A DNA stretch of 56,637 bases, counting the filler, from Dirinaria sp. TL-2023a (taxonomy: Eukaryota): the NCBI GenBank assembly GCA_051941275.1. It is 3 parts of 3 records of this genome, joined end to end, with 100 filler letters (N's around TTAATTAATTAA, not from the genome) between each part and the next. Parts side by side here need not be neighbours in the genome. Positions count along the whole stretch, not along the records: positions 18,920 to 37,734 come from JAVEBF010000365.1; 2 more parts are not named here. One strand, 5' to 3'. The position numbers were made by a program, and so were the translations under genes. The number at the start of each line of letters is the position of its first letter. Within the stretch, counting starts at the first letter, position 1. Under the pieces are notes generated by a model, which was not told where the DNA came from, did no database searches, and saw only the letters and a program-made list of their open reading frames with translations. Shown here piece by piece: positions 24,814-36,466 of the stretch.

Positions 24814-25103
24814 TTTTTTAAATTTTTTGGGGGTGTGGTGGGTTTATATTGGCGAGGGGCAGTGCCGGGTATCGAGCCGTGAAAATGGGATCGCGCTAAG
24901 GCACTTTCTCCGTGCAGGCTCTCATTTCTGGGACAACACCATACATTGTATCTTATAGCAAACTCTCGATTGGCCATTCGCGTGGATTACTCATTCCTAG
25001 ATTCAAGGTGTTGATCATATTTCAAGAATTGAGAACCACTTAAAACTTTCAAAGCCAATATGAATAGGATCAAAATACACATCGTTGTCCAATGCGTCTG
25101 ACC

Positions 25104-26813
25104 TCAGCCAATATATACAGGCAGCTTGCTTCCATAATGCGCACTTGGCACCCTCGCACCTTCCACCATGAAGTGGCAGCGGTGCCACAGGAAACCTTTC
25201 CACATCATCGTCAACCAAGCCTCTTCGATCACTTTAGGTACGGAGCGAAAACCTCTCGCTTCCATCTCCTTGGCAACCTTGGGAATATTATCAAAATATA
25301 TATGCGCACCCTCAGCGAGCCACCCTGGAACGCGCAACCCGTAATGGTTTCTCGCCCGCGACGGTGAAGCATTAATACGCTCAACAGCATCAGGGAAATA
25401 GTTTACCGCGAATTTAATATGTGAGTACATCAAATCTGCGTAATTGAAAGGTTGGGACATCCACTTGCCATCGCCTGACTGGCTCGATAGATTGACGAAG
25501 TACTCGGTAGCTGAATCGTGACGGCGGTGTAGATCCTCCATGAAAGCCACGTCGCGGTCATTGAGCCGTTGATTGCAGATACGGTGATCTTCCCATTGAT
25601 TGCCGTACTTCTCGCGAAGTTCTTCATACTGATGCAGAATTGACCTCGTCTGGACAGAGACTGGCTGGGATTTAGCATCCCTCTCAGCAAGGAGGTCTTT
25701 GAGCCGATTGAAAAAGACAACAAAGCCCGGCTCTTCGTGCGTCAAGCCTATAGCGAATCCAGCCGGCTGCGGTACGCGGACGAAGGATGACCCATTGACG
25801 CGAATCATAGGGGAAGCGAAGCCTATGATATCTGAGATCCCAGGTGTCCAGCCTGGATTCGCTTCCACGATTGATTTCACAGTATCGGCAGCTTGAACAT
25901 CCACGTGATTACGAAGTGTAGCCAGGACCTCAGCTTCAGTCCCAAGTTTATAGTCCGGAAGGCCGAGCCTGCTGTCTCCAGTGAGAATGCCAAAACCCAT
26001 TTTATCGGCTATGTTCGATGGAATGTATAATTCATTAATATCCTCCTGCTTGTACTCGTGAGAAACCCGTAGAGGATCCTTGATGCCGATTTGTAAAACA
26101 GTGCCCATAGATCTTACAATCGTGGAGCTGATCATATGTCCATTGCCCTCAGCTTTCATGTTGCCTTCCGAGGGATCGAACTGGTTCCAAATCATGCCCA
26201 GCCGTCGAGCTAAAATTGCAATATCCGAGATACCAACTACCGCTAGCGGTCTTACAACCTCTGGCGGCACAAAGTCCCAGGAATGTTGTTGAATCTTGAG
26301 GTCCGGTAACACAAAACCTTCGATTCTCGTCCACAAGTGTTTTTCGTTGCTTGATAACTTGACCGGCATCATTTTCCGCATGGTTTCCCCAGAGCTTACA
26401 TGTAGAGCCTCAATGAATCGAACCCACGATACCAGCTCATTTGGCCCACTGCTAGAATTTGCAGAGGGCTCGGAATAGGTCGTTTTCATTGACTCGATGG
26501 AGCCATCGAGTTGCAATCGCGGCATTGGCTGAATAGTCCGCGATATGTTGAGTCCCTGTGGATTAAACAGGTTTTCAAATTTGTATAATGAGAGTCCAAA
26601 CCACGGCGTTCTATATATTGTCTCAAAGCGCATTTCACTCCAGCGAAATTTCCGTCTGGTCAACTTGGCCCATCGGCCCATGACTGAAGGCTGACATCTC
26701 CGATACCCATCTGCCGTCGCAAGAAACTGCCCAATGACTTGACTGACCGTAGTGAGGAGGGCAACCAAAGCGATCGCAAGGGCGACGGTAGAGATTGTTG
26801 TGTCGGAGACCAT
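25104..26813 (-). CDS. Conserved Pezizomycotina protein with N-terminal TM helix, 'modin'-like family
   Basis: Single long ORF: VALAIALVALLTTVSQVIGQFLATADGYRRCQPSVMGRWA..RRKFRWSEMRFE; SWDFVPPEVVRPLA; C-terminal AWLTMMWKGFLWHRCH..SKLPVYIG. The family name is from recall only. Confidence 0.7.
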   Translation of the reverse strand: MVSDTTISTVALAIALVALLTTVSQVIGQFLATADGYRRCQPSVMGRWAKLTRRKFRWSEMRFETIYRTPWFGLSLYKFENLFNPQGLNISRTIQPMPRLQLDGSIESMKTTYSEPSANSSSGPNELVSWVRFIEALHVSSGETMRKMMPVKLSSNEKHLWTRIEGFVLPDLKIQQHSWDFVPPEVVRPLAVVGISDIAILARRLGMIWNQFDPSEGNMKAEGNGHMISSTIVRSMGTVLQIGIKDPLRVSHEYKQEDINELYIPSNIADKMGFGILTGDSRLGLPDYKLGTEAEVLATLRNHVDVQAADTVKSIVEANPGWTPGISDIIGFASPMIRVNGSSFVRVPQPAGFAIGLTHEEPGFVVFFNRLKDLLAERDAKSQPVSVQTRSILHQYEELREKYGNQWEDHRICNQRLNDRDVAFMEDLHRRHDSATEYFVNLSSQSGDGKWMSQPFNYADLMYSHIKFAVNYFPDAVERINASPSRARNHYGLRVPGWLAEGAHIYFDNIPKVAKEMEARGFRSVPKVIEEAWLTMMWKGFLWHRCHFMVEGARVPSAHYGSKLPVYIG

Positions 26814-27112
26814 ATTCTCCAGCACCGCCGTAGCGTACGACGCAATGATAAAGAAGAGAAACAGCCATCGGTGTTAGCTGAACGAGTCAAGCCTTGCCCC
26901 CATGTTGGCGGCGAGGCGGTACAGGTAGGTACTTTTAGGAAGCTTTTTAGGGCCGAGTAAGGGCTAGATTATCTTATTGCCGTCTCGGTTGTCTTAACAC
27001 CGCAGACTAAGCTCAATAGGTCATGGTGTTTAGGGTAGATTATATAGGGCAAGGATGTGGCTTCGTGCAATCCGCTTTTCGAGGCCATTGACAACCCTTA
27101 TGTACATCCAGC

Positions 27113-29989
27113 ATGGTAACTACGCGAGGTAAAAAGTCGGTGTTAACTACGGAACCTCTGCGCTCAAATGATGCGCAGCTATCATCAAAGTCAGAGTCGG
27201 AAGGTAATCTCAGGTTTTCATTCTTCCTCTTCGATACAAAAGTCTTCAGTCTACCTTACTGAATGTTGGAGACCGAAACAAGTCCCTCTTAGAATTCCAT
27301 TTAATCAGGGCTCTCAAGATCTGACCACTTGATTCTGCAGCTCAACAGCGCAAGGACGCTCCTGCATCCAACCATCACCTTCATGAGACCACTGGAACGC
27401 AGCCGAGGAAAAAGCGCCGGACAGAAGTAACTCCTGCTACTGAAGCTCAATTAGCATCTCCTAGACGGACGACTCGGAGGAAAGCTTCTCCCCTTCAAAC
27501 TCAGCCTTCAACTGCGAGTGCCTTCACATCTGCAGATTCGCTCGATTATGTGGCGATCTCGCACGACGCCCCAGTTGATCCGCAGCTCAAAACTGGAGAG
27601 GGACGATTACCAGCTGTTGGAGGGCTCTCAATACAGAAAGTAACGGAATCGGCTAGGCATAATGGGAGTGTCAGGTCATCCACGGCACAGGGTCAAGCTA
27701 TGCTGACTGGTAAATCTGGTCGTCGAGCACAGTTCAGTAGTGAAAAATTAATGGCAGTACAGAAGCCAATCCCGACCTTGCTACGGTAATATCAAACATC
27801 ATTGAGCATGGTGAGACTATCGATAGCCATTACGCAGCACACGGCCTTAATGAACTAGGCATCGTTGATACGGAGAGCTTTAGGCCTTTAGGTGCCAGTA
27901 TGCATCTCAAGACTCAAAGCCTACCTATACTCGAAAATCTTGTAAGTAGTCAAGGACACTTAGTCGTCCAACGCTCTAATCTTTTCAAGGCCATCCAAAT
28001 TTTAAACACCTTAGCAAAATCGACTTACCAAGAAGTTCTGACTATCGCTACGGATCCTGATTCCGAAGCTGGCCAAGCCTACAACACGCTCAAATCTCTG
28101 TTCGACCATACTAAGAAGGTCTACTCTATCCATGAACCATTTCTCCTACCTGGTGAATTAGGCTTTACAGACCCAGCTCACATCAATACTATCCGGAAGG
28201 CCAACCTTGCGACATTTGTGTCGAGTGTATTTGGTAGCTACGACGTCGGCTTCTATCACTTGAATGAATACTTTCTTGATACTTTCGTCGGCGACAGCAA
28301 CAGGCTTCTTAAAAGCCAAGCTCAGCTCTTCCTGGATCTGAAAACGCAAGCTTTCATTTCTGCTCAGGGGTACGGCCAGGTAGATAGGGAAAAGCTGCTC
28401 GAGGACTTGTTTCCTGCGAACCTTGAAGAACGGCTACTCGCACGGAAAGCTGGCTCTGCGTTCGTGCCTCGACAACTTGCGCCAAGCGAGACAGACTTTC
28501 TCCAGCGCGCCCGAAACCGAAGCAAAGCCTTGGCTGAAGAGTCGGAATCTGATGATCCCATGACTTTTCTAACACAGAAGTATGTGTGGGAAGACTTCCT
28601 CCGAGACATCAGCGCATATGTAAGCAGAAACTTTGAATCGCTCGTGGGAGTACCTGTACGCCTCAAATCCCGGTGCGTAAGACTATGCTTACGTATAAGT
28701 TATTCTAGATGCGTAAGCCAAGCCAGCCAGGTCGTTCAGCTTTCTACCATCCAGGGAGTAACGATGGCGCGGTGGACGAGCCCAATCAAAAGAGGCATAG
28801 TAATGGCCAGGTACATCCTGAAAGCGGACTGCAGGCACAGACCGAAGGCTCTACCAGTATCATGTATCAGGCAGAAACGCAAGATACCCGAGAACACGCA
28901 ACGGCAGCTAAGGCCGCTGAAGCTAACCAAGCTGCCAAAGCTGCCATGCAAGGATTCGGCTTCCATCAAGGCATTTCAATGCCATTTGATCACGAAGGGC
29001 CCGAGCAGCAGAACCCACTTCGCCCACAAATTAGTGTACAACAGCAGTTGGCCACACCACAGCCCTCGAACGGCATTCAACAATCTCCAATGCAGTACCC
29101 TCCGCCACCAGCCGTACAGTACCATTTCGAGCATCACCCAACGCCCCACGTGTTCTTCCACCAGGGCAACCAATTCCCTCCACACCAGAATACCCAGGCC
29201 CAACTAAATCAAACTCCTGTCGACATGAATATTCAACAGCAATTCTACGGCGACCAGCCCTCCATTCCTTTCCCTACACAGTCAGCACCCACACAAGTTC
29301 TCTATGAGCGAGCTCGTATGGCTGCGACGGCCAAAGTATCACCCAGTAATCGCCGCGCCGGCACGCCAAGTCAACGAAGGCCATGGTCTGCCGAAGAGGA
29401 GAACGCTTTGATGGCAGGTCTCGATCGTGTCAAAGGCCCTCATTGGAGTCAGATCCTTGCGATGTTCGGACCGGGCGGCACGATCAACGAAACACTGAAG
29501 GATCGTAATCAGGTCCAACTCAAAGACAAAGCTCGAAACCTGAAACTGTTCTTCCTTAAAAGTGGCATCGAGGTCCCGTACTATCTCCAATTCGTGACCG
29601 GCGAACTCAAGACGCGCGCGCCTGCCCAAGCAGCAAAGAACGAAGCTAAAGAGAGAGAGAAAGATAGTGAAGAGCGTGCGCACGTCGAGGGTGTCATGGC
29701 GTTGGCAGGTGTTCATGAGACTGCAGCAACAAGAGGGAACGAGTACAGCAATGCTGGCTTTGATCCTGTGGATGGGGGTGAACTGGGCGACCAGGAGCTC
29801 GATCTGGAGAGTGTCCAGGCCAGGATGGACGCTTTCGACGAACAGCACCAACAAGCCTATCAACCTACGACTCAGCCCCCAGCAGCTGCTGTGCTACCGA
29901 GCTACAACCACGAAGTCACGCCCGCGTTCCAAGCCATGATCGATGCTGCTGCCGCCGAGGCGGCGCGCGTTGACGCCAATGGCGGCTAG
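27113..29989 (+). CDS. TBF1: Telomere-repeat binding factor Tbf1-like (TRF domain + telobox Myb), about 5 exons
   Basis: [27 protein letters not shown], and telobox [28 protein letters not shown]...[24 protein letters not shown]. The start at 27113 (MVTTRGKK) is inferred from splice sites. Confidence 0.92.
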
Positions 29990-31133
29990 ATAACTTATTT
30001 TATTATTGCTCAGGAAAAAGGCGTTACAAAACAAAGTCTATGATTTCGCAAGCGGCTTTCATACTATGTACGATAATGCAAGGGCTTGGGTGGTTCGCTG
30101 GGAGGCGTTTTTTCAATGATAATGATGATGTGCATGCAGCGAACGATACCAACTTGCGAGCATTATTATTCGAAGCTGGGCAGATCACACAGATCACGGA
30201 TCATGATCCCCATACGTATGTAGGGAAAAAGGGCTTTGCCGAGCAGAGCAGAAACAGGCTCATCAAATATACCTTCAAAGTTACCGAGCAGTGCTACTTC
30301 ATGTATTCCTATCGGGTTTTAGTCCTCTGTTCGTTATATCATATCGCCCCCTCATATATCTCCCACCCCTCCCCTAACCACGCAGCGATGGCCCCTTCTT
30401 GACGCCTCTGTACGGGGGGAATAGCCTTACCTCTCTCTAAGTCATCAAATGTTCTAGATCGTGCCTGCTGCATACTCGATCAACTTCAGGTTTGTCTTGT
30501 AGTACAGAAAGTGTTTTGGTCTTCAATTTGCTAAGCCGGCAGATCAAAAAATTGGGGTTGCTCGGTTCTTTGGGTATGGAAGCTTAGATGCAGATTATGA
30601 AATTAGATGGGGTTATTGTGATGGGATTTTTTTTCCTGGCTTTTGGGTGTGGAGATGAGAGTTTATTCTCCTACTTCTCAAAAGGGGTGTTTGAGCTGTG
30701 TTTAATTGAATCTATTAATTTCATTTTTTTTTGTGGAGAGGAACATGACGATTTCGATGGCGCGTGTGAAAATGAGTATGGATCGGATTGGGGAGGGGGG
30801 CACAGATGTGTTATTTGGCTGGGGAAAGGAATTGCGGTTTTGGGAAGAAGATTGAATGTTCTTTCGGGGTTTGGGGGCAGGTGGAGTTGTTTTGATGTAT
30901 TTTGCTTGATTTGAGGCAGGAAATTCTGCTTTTTCATGGAATCGGTTGATGGATGCAGAAAGCGGAGGGGTGGTTTTTTTCTCTCTCTTCTGATGTGGTT
31001 TTTTCGTGATGGATACGAGTGCAGAGGAGATTACTTGTGCTTCCGCGATTCGATGCTCACAGTAGCACGTGGTGACAGAAAGAGGATATCAGAAATTTTT
31101 ATGCTCGGTGAAGTACTTAGTAATAGAATCCTG

Positions 31134-32019
31134 TTAAGCCCCGGCAGATGCAGCGCTTTGTGCCTTCCTAGCCTCGGCCTCCTTCAACATCTTCTTCTGC
31201 CGCTCTATGTCCTTCCCAAGCTCTTCAAGCTTGGCCGTCAAAGCCTTCCTACGCTTCCGAATGCACGCTCGGTACCTTGACCGTGCAGGAGGAGCCGTTT
31301 CTAGCGGATCAAGATCTACCTGTGCTTCCCCTTTCACTTTCTTAGGCCGGGCAGATCTACCTTTGGTGATGCGATACATCGGCGCGTTTCGAGCTGCTGT
31401 CGGCGCGGGTTTACTTGTAGACCGGCCGTCTGGCAGGAAACCTGCAGTAGCTGCACTAGACCAGAGGTCTGGGGGATAAACTCTGTCTGAATACGATCTG
31501 TTAGGGACATTGATGAGATTCGGAGATTCTGAAGTAAACTCACCTTCCTGTCTTCGTTTCCTCTTCCTCCGAGTGCGTAGCCGATCGTTCCGGTCCCATA
31601 TAGCCTTATTCGCTTCAGTCAATGGTTGCGAGCGCCCTTGATCGTCTTGCAGTCGTTGTGGTTGTTTATGAGCTATGTCGGAAACATCAATATCAGAAGC
31701 TGATGAGCTTCCACACGAGGAGCTTGATTTGGGAGAGCTAATAAATAACCCTATTCGAACTGTTAGCATGATCAATGGTCAGGCGGAAGTTGAGAGCCAT
31801 AATCTTGCTAGGTATTGGAGGACTGATCGGCTCTGGTTGCATTTTCTCGCGAGGTAACGGAGGACTGAGTGGCTCTGGCTGAATTCTCCTGCTAGGATGT
31901 GGAGGACTGAGTGGTTCCGGCTGAATTCTTCTGCTAAGATGTGCAGGGCTGAGCGGCTCTGGCTGTGTTCTACTGCTTGGATGTGGAGGACTGAGCGGTT
32001 CTGGTTGCATTTTCTCCAT
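31134..32019 (-). CDS. Orphan basic/Ser-Pro-rich protein, probably two exons (ORFs 31738-32019 and 31134-31775)
   Basis: Repeat-encoding ORF followed by a branch site gctaac and AG acceptors near 31765-31738. Downstream ORF has RTRRKRKRR and a coiled-coil-like end. The donor is uncertain. Confidence 0.4.
31817..32019. repeat. 42-bp coding minisatellite, about 4.8 copies
   Basis: Units start at 31817, 31859, 31901, 31943 and 31985 (ggaggactgagtggctctggctgaattctcctgctaggatgt); they encode QPEPLSPPHPSRRI-like repeats on the minus strand. Confidence 0.9.
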
Positions 32020-32597
32020 AATTAAAACTACCAGGCGGGTTATAGGATGTTATGAAAAACAACTTCTCCGGAATTGAAAGTAAGCATCAGATGAGAAACG
32101 CAACGACGACTCACTCCTTTCGCAAGGATACTCGCAACTCAAAGACCTCCCTGGATTAACTATAAAGCAGTGGTAGTTGATTTGATCATGCAAAGAGCGA
32201 TCCTGGACTGGTGAACTCGAAAAACTGGTACTCAGCTAATTAGTCCATGCTGGGTACTTCCACCTACCTTAATAACACTTTCTCGGTCTGATTAGCGCCA
32301 GTGCTAAGCGTGATCCCACTTTCACTCTTCACTACCCGGCATCGATCCAAACTTATATGAACCTCCTCTGCGCCTCGACCTTTCTTTTTTCATTTTCCTC
32401 AAATTTTTTTTTTTTTTTACCCCTGACCTACCCCCTTTTTTTTTTTTTTGTTTTTGTTTTTTTGCACTTGTAGATGTAGATTGTAGACACTTGTAGGTAA
32501 GTACATTCTTCCTGGGTAATGCACGCACAGGTTTCTGACGACTCTTAGGCTGTAGGCTGGTCTGTGGGCCACATCAAACAAACGCGGTAGCGACTGG

Positions 32598-33005
32598 TCA
32601 ATTTCTTCGGAAGTTGAACATCGCCCTGCTTGCGTTTGATGTGGCCCATGGATTAGTGTGGGCATCCGAGGGTTCGTTCGATGCTGTGGGCTCAATATTG
32701 TGGGTATCTGAGGGCTCCATTTGGCCTCTGGTCGATTTGACGAGTATCTTTTTCATACTCGATGCATGCTGTGTCATTCTGGCACTGACTATCTTCAAGG
32801 CTGCAGCTGCGAAGTAATTTTTGGAAACAATCGATGCTTGCGCATCACTTAAACTTTTTTTTTTATTTTCATCATTGGCATGCAGCTTGATCTGCAGCTC
32901 TGAAGAAGAAGGCATTGTGTATGTTGTCTTGGAGATATCCAAAGGTGCTCGATCATCTCTTTGTAGTAAACCTTCGGGGTTCCACTTTCGTTGTTCGCTC
33001 CTCAT
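32598..33005 (-). CDS. Hypothetical orphan ORF (135 aa), possibly part of a decayed gene extending to 32322
   Basis: ATG-started ORF with an internal EPSD(T/A)H repeat; no recognisable domain. Confidence 0.3.
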   Translation of the reverse strand: MRSEQRKWNPEGLLQRDDRAPLDISKTTYTMPSSSELQIKLHANDENKKKSLSDAQASIVSKNYFAAAALKIVSARMTQHASSMKKILVKSTRGQMEPSDTHNIEPTASNEPSDAHTNPWATSNASRAMFNFRRN

Positions 33006-34248
33006 GAATCTTGAACCTTAGAGTGTTACCCCCCTTATTGATGCCCGCCTAAAGTAAGATGATCAAGTTTCGACGATTAACAAATTCCCATGATCATTGC
33101 CAGTGAGCCTAAGATTGACACATCCCAAGTTCGGCACCAATGTAAAGGAAGGTTGTCACTTCGTCACCATCTACAGATTTTCAATAACCTTGCTCTCGAG
33201 TCTCGGGCTGTTACTGCTCATCTTCTACCGTCCCACCAAAAGTGATATGATCACATTGGCACTCTCGGTCGAGGTTCGCGAACTACTCTTGCACCTCGGA
33301 TTGTCACTTGCCACATTTCACTGCCCAATTAGGATTGAATCGTCACTCTCACAATGCCATTTACCTCACTTGCACACTGCATTGATGGTTACTATAGTTT
33401 TTAACTCCTTCAACGCACCAGAATCAAGATATTCCACATCGAATTGAACAATGGATCCAAACGAAGATCGCTAGGGTGAAATCGTCGAGATCTTGCCTAT
33501 GCCAAAACCCAAGAATCTCACTACACCTGAGAAACGTGCAGCGGAAAAGGCGGGTCAGATGCCAAGTGGGTGATCCCAGATTGATACGAACACATCTTTG
33601 CTGATTCAGAAACTAGATTTCAAAGCAATTGGGAACGAAGCTGTGCTTGCGGCCTTGAAGTCCAAGGCTATCCAGTTCTCCGCTCCGGAGTGAGGTCGAA
33701 TAAATAACGTCTTTAGGGGATAGATAGGGAGATGATGAATCACGGAAAGCATTGACAAAGAGTCACAGTCGATGTCCGCTACCTTTGTAGTCCAGCGCCA
33801 ATCCGTTATTACTGTTCTGTCACATTAGGAGCTGCTGGCGGGCTTAATTGCTGGTGGGCTTGGATCAGGCAGCTGCCAGAGGGGGTAGACAAAAGGAGAA
33901 CCTGCGATTGAAGCTGCCCAACGTGGAACCAATCCTACAATTAGGTTATTCTGGGAATTTCGAAAGCTTTGCGACCCTTCTCCTTTCAGCATCTAAGCCT
34001 GCGATCACACACCAAGTCGATTTCTCCGAACACCCAAAAGCCCAGACGTTGCTCAGCCCTACAAGGCGAGCCGCGTCGCCAAACGCGTCTGCAGTCCGCC
34101 TGTCCTACCCACCCTCCTATCCCACCACCGCAGACAGCACTAAGCACGACTGCAAAAACCCCTTCACGCATCGCTTCGCAATGCTAATCCCCCTGCCAAT
34201 CCTGTATTGTGCTCGGTGACGCTTTCTCCCTTCTCAACATTCAACCAA

Positions 34249-34613
34249 ATGGCCGAACCAGCACCTCCTCCCGCATCCACAAGCAGCCCCACAGTAACTC
34301 CCCTAGAACAAGAAGTGCTCGACGAGTACTCACGGCTCCTTTCAAATCTCAACAAGGTAAATTTCCCTCACCCATCCAAACGCTCTTATCGTGGGAAATA
34401 GAATGGGCTCATATGAAAGTTGTGGTTTAGCTGGCTTCGCAACTCAATTCCCTAGCCGATCGACCGACAGCCGAAGTGCTCGATGGCTTGCGCATGCTGG
34501 AGCGGAAAACGAGTCTCGTGTGTACCTTGTTGAAGGCGAGTGTTTATAGTATCGTGCTGCAGCAGCAGATTTACGGTGGTGAGGAGGAGGAGGGCGGGGA
34601 TGCTGAAAATTAG
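34249..34613 (+). CDS. DAD3: DASH/Dam1 complex subunit Dad3, 2 exons (intron 34357-34430)
   Basis: TPLEQEVLDEYSRLLSNLNK|LASQL...EVLDGLRMLERKTSLVCTLLKASVYSIVLQQQ. Confidence 0.93.
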
Positions 34614-34868
34614 TTGAGGAGGTCAAGTGTGACGGGATGCACATGGTCAGAAGAAGGTACTTTGTAAGAGATGGATAAGTGGGACGTTTGATACAGGCTG
34701 GAACCTCTCGAGCAATCAGGGCTCCTGTCGGTAGCTGAGGCGTTTTTGGTTGGAGAGGGAGATACCCAGGGATGGTAGGGGAGCAATGATGTTGTATTGA
34801 TTGAGCATGCGACGCCTACAATGTCCCTACCGCTTTCGATGCTATGTACATATATTACAGACCCAAAT

Positions 34869-36173
34869 CTAAACCGATCCTGCATAATATACCTTGCGCA
34901 CATCTATGAGCTTTCGTCCTCTTGCTCGAGCAACGTCTTCCGGTAGCTGCTGGCTTAGTAAAGCCTTGACCGTCGCTTTAACCGTATTCATGGGGTTCCT
35001 TGACCGAGAGACACGAGCTGCGATGTCAGAGATCCCGACGCATCTGCATATCTCGTAGATGATTCCCTGACACCGAAGGCCGAAACCTGTTAAGGTATAT
35101 CAGTGAGGTGCTCACAGTAACTGGAAGTCGATGCGCCTACCGGGCGTCCGCGTCATGAGCTCGACCTCAGTCCCTCCGCTCTTGCCGTGGAGATCCCCAT
35201 ATATAGTTCTTTCTTCGTACCTATGTATAGGTTGCATGCTCCGTATCGCAGCATACCTAGCGATCCTGAGCGCATCTGTACGTTTGGCAGCTTTGCCCTC
35301 TCCGATGCCCAGCAAACCCTTGCCATTGCCTGCGACAAACAAACAGTATAGCTTGTATTGCTTCCCCATCCTGGTCTGGTTGGCGACTCGGTTGGTGACC
35401 ACCGCTTTCGTCCTGAACGCTCGAATCTCGTATTCCGAGTAGCCAGTCTGCAACATCACTCTCCGCACGTCTGGATGAACATCATCCCTCTTGATGCGGT
35501 TCGCAAGACTTGGAATCACGGGAATGTTAGGCGCAAGGTAATTACGAGGGTTGCGCTCTGCTTCCTCTTTGCCAACTGTCAGCCGTTGGTTTTGTTGGAA
35601 CTTGGCGAAGTCCATCACATTTGGCTTCTCGGGCCCGTGCTTGAACCAATCGACCATATCTTCTAAAAGTTCGTCTTCGGTCTTGAATCGCTGGTTAAGA
35701 TCATAGTTCTCTTCTGGCGCGCGAATTGGTTTGTCCACGACGGGATGTATGCTGGAAAGATCGTCGAAATAGGGGAGGCCCATTCGGTCTTCGCGCACGA
35801 CTGCTTGGTCCTCCAGATCTTTAGGGTCGATGGCTGCTTCACCTGCCTCAATTGAGGCTACCTGCTCTTTGGTGTAGATATCCCGTAGCAGTGCCTTCTG
35901 TTCTTGAGTGTACGCGCTCAGCGTGTCTGCGTAGCTCAAAGTCTCTGCGTCCATTCTTATGAGGCCATTCTCCTTCTGATCCACTTCTTCTGATTCACCT
36001 TTCGCTTCTTGTGGATTCGAGTTCGCGAGAATCATATCCCTCGCTTTGATGCTCTTATGCTTGGGGGTTCGCCCATGAAGTTTTGGGGAGGTGTGCAAAT
36101 TTCGGCGCAGGCAATGCCGTGCTGGCCTTGCAAGTCCTGCAAAGACGAGTCGCAACGAATTCTGCACACTCAT
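34869..36173 (-). CDS. MRPS5: Mitochondrial small-subunit ribosomal protein S5 (uS5m), 2 exons
   Basis: Basic targeting peptide; NRVANQTRMGK, VAGNGKGLLGIGEGK, IHRYEERTIYG, PG|FGLRC, SRNPMNTVKA, KLIDVRKVYY. Confidence 0.93.
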
Positions 36174-36466
36174 CTCGAGGTGTACTTTGGCTGATCTGCT
36201 TCGCCCACCTTTCCTCCTCCTGAAAGTAGACGAAAGTGGTGGATTGCGAGGGAGCGAGCCACTGAGCCCGGCACGCCCTCGGCCCGGCCTCGGCCCGGGT
36301 CTCAGTATCAACCCCGAAAGCGGAAAGCTAGCCGAGAGAATTATTTCCTGAGCAACATTTGGGAAGATTTCCTATGTCCATGAGGTTTACAACATTCTTA
36401 TACAGAGCTGAAGTGCTCAAATTCTTCAGAAATAATTGGAAAACGATCTATAACTCTGTTCACAGT

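Noticed and set aside
31817..32019. CRISPR-like array
   Set aside because: Contiguous 42-bp tandem units with no spacers, eukaryotic context and no cas genes.
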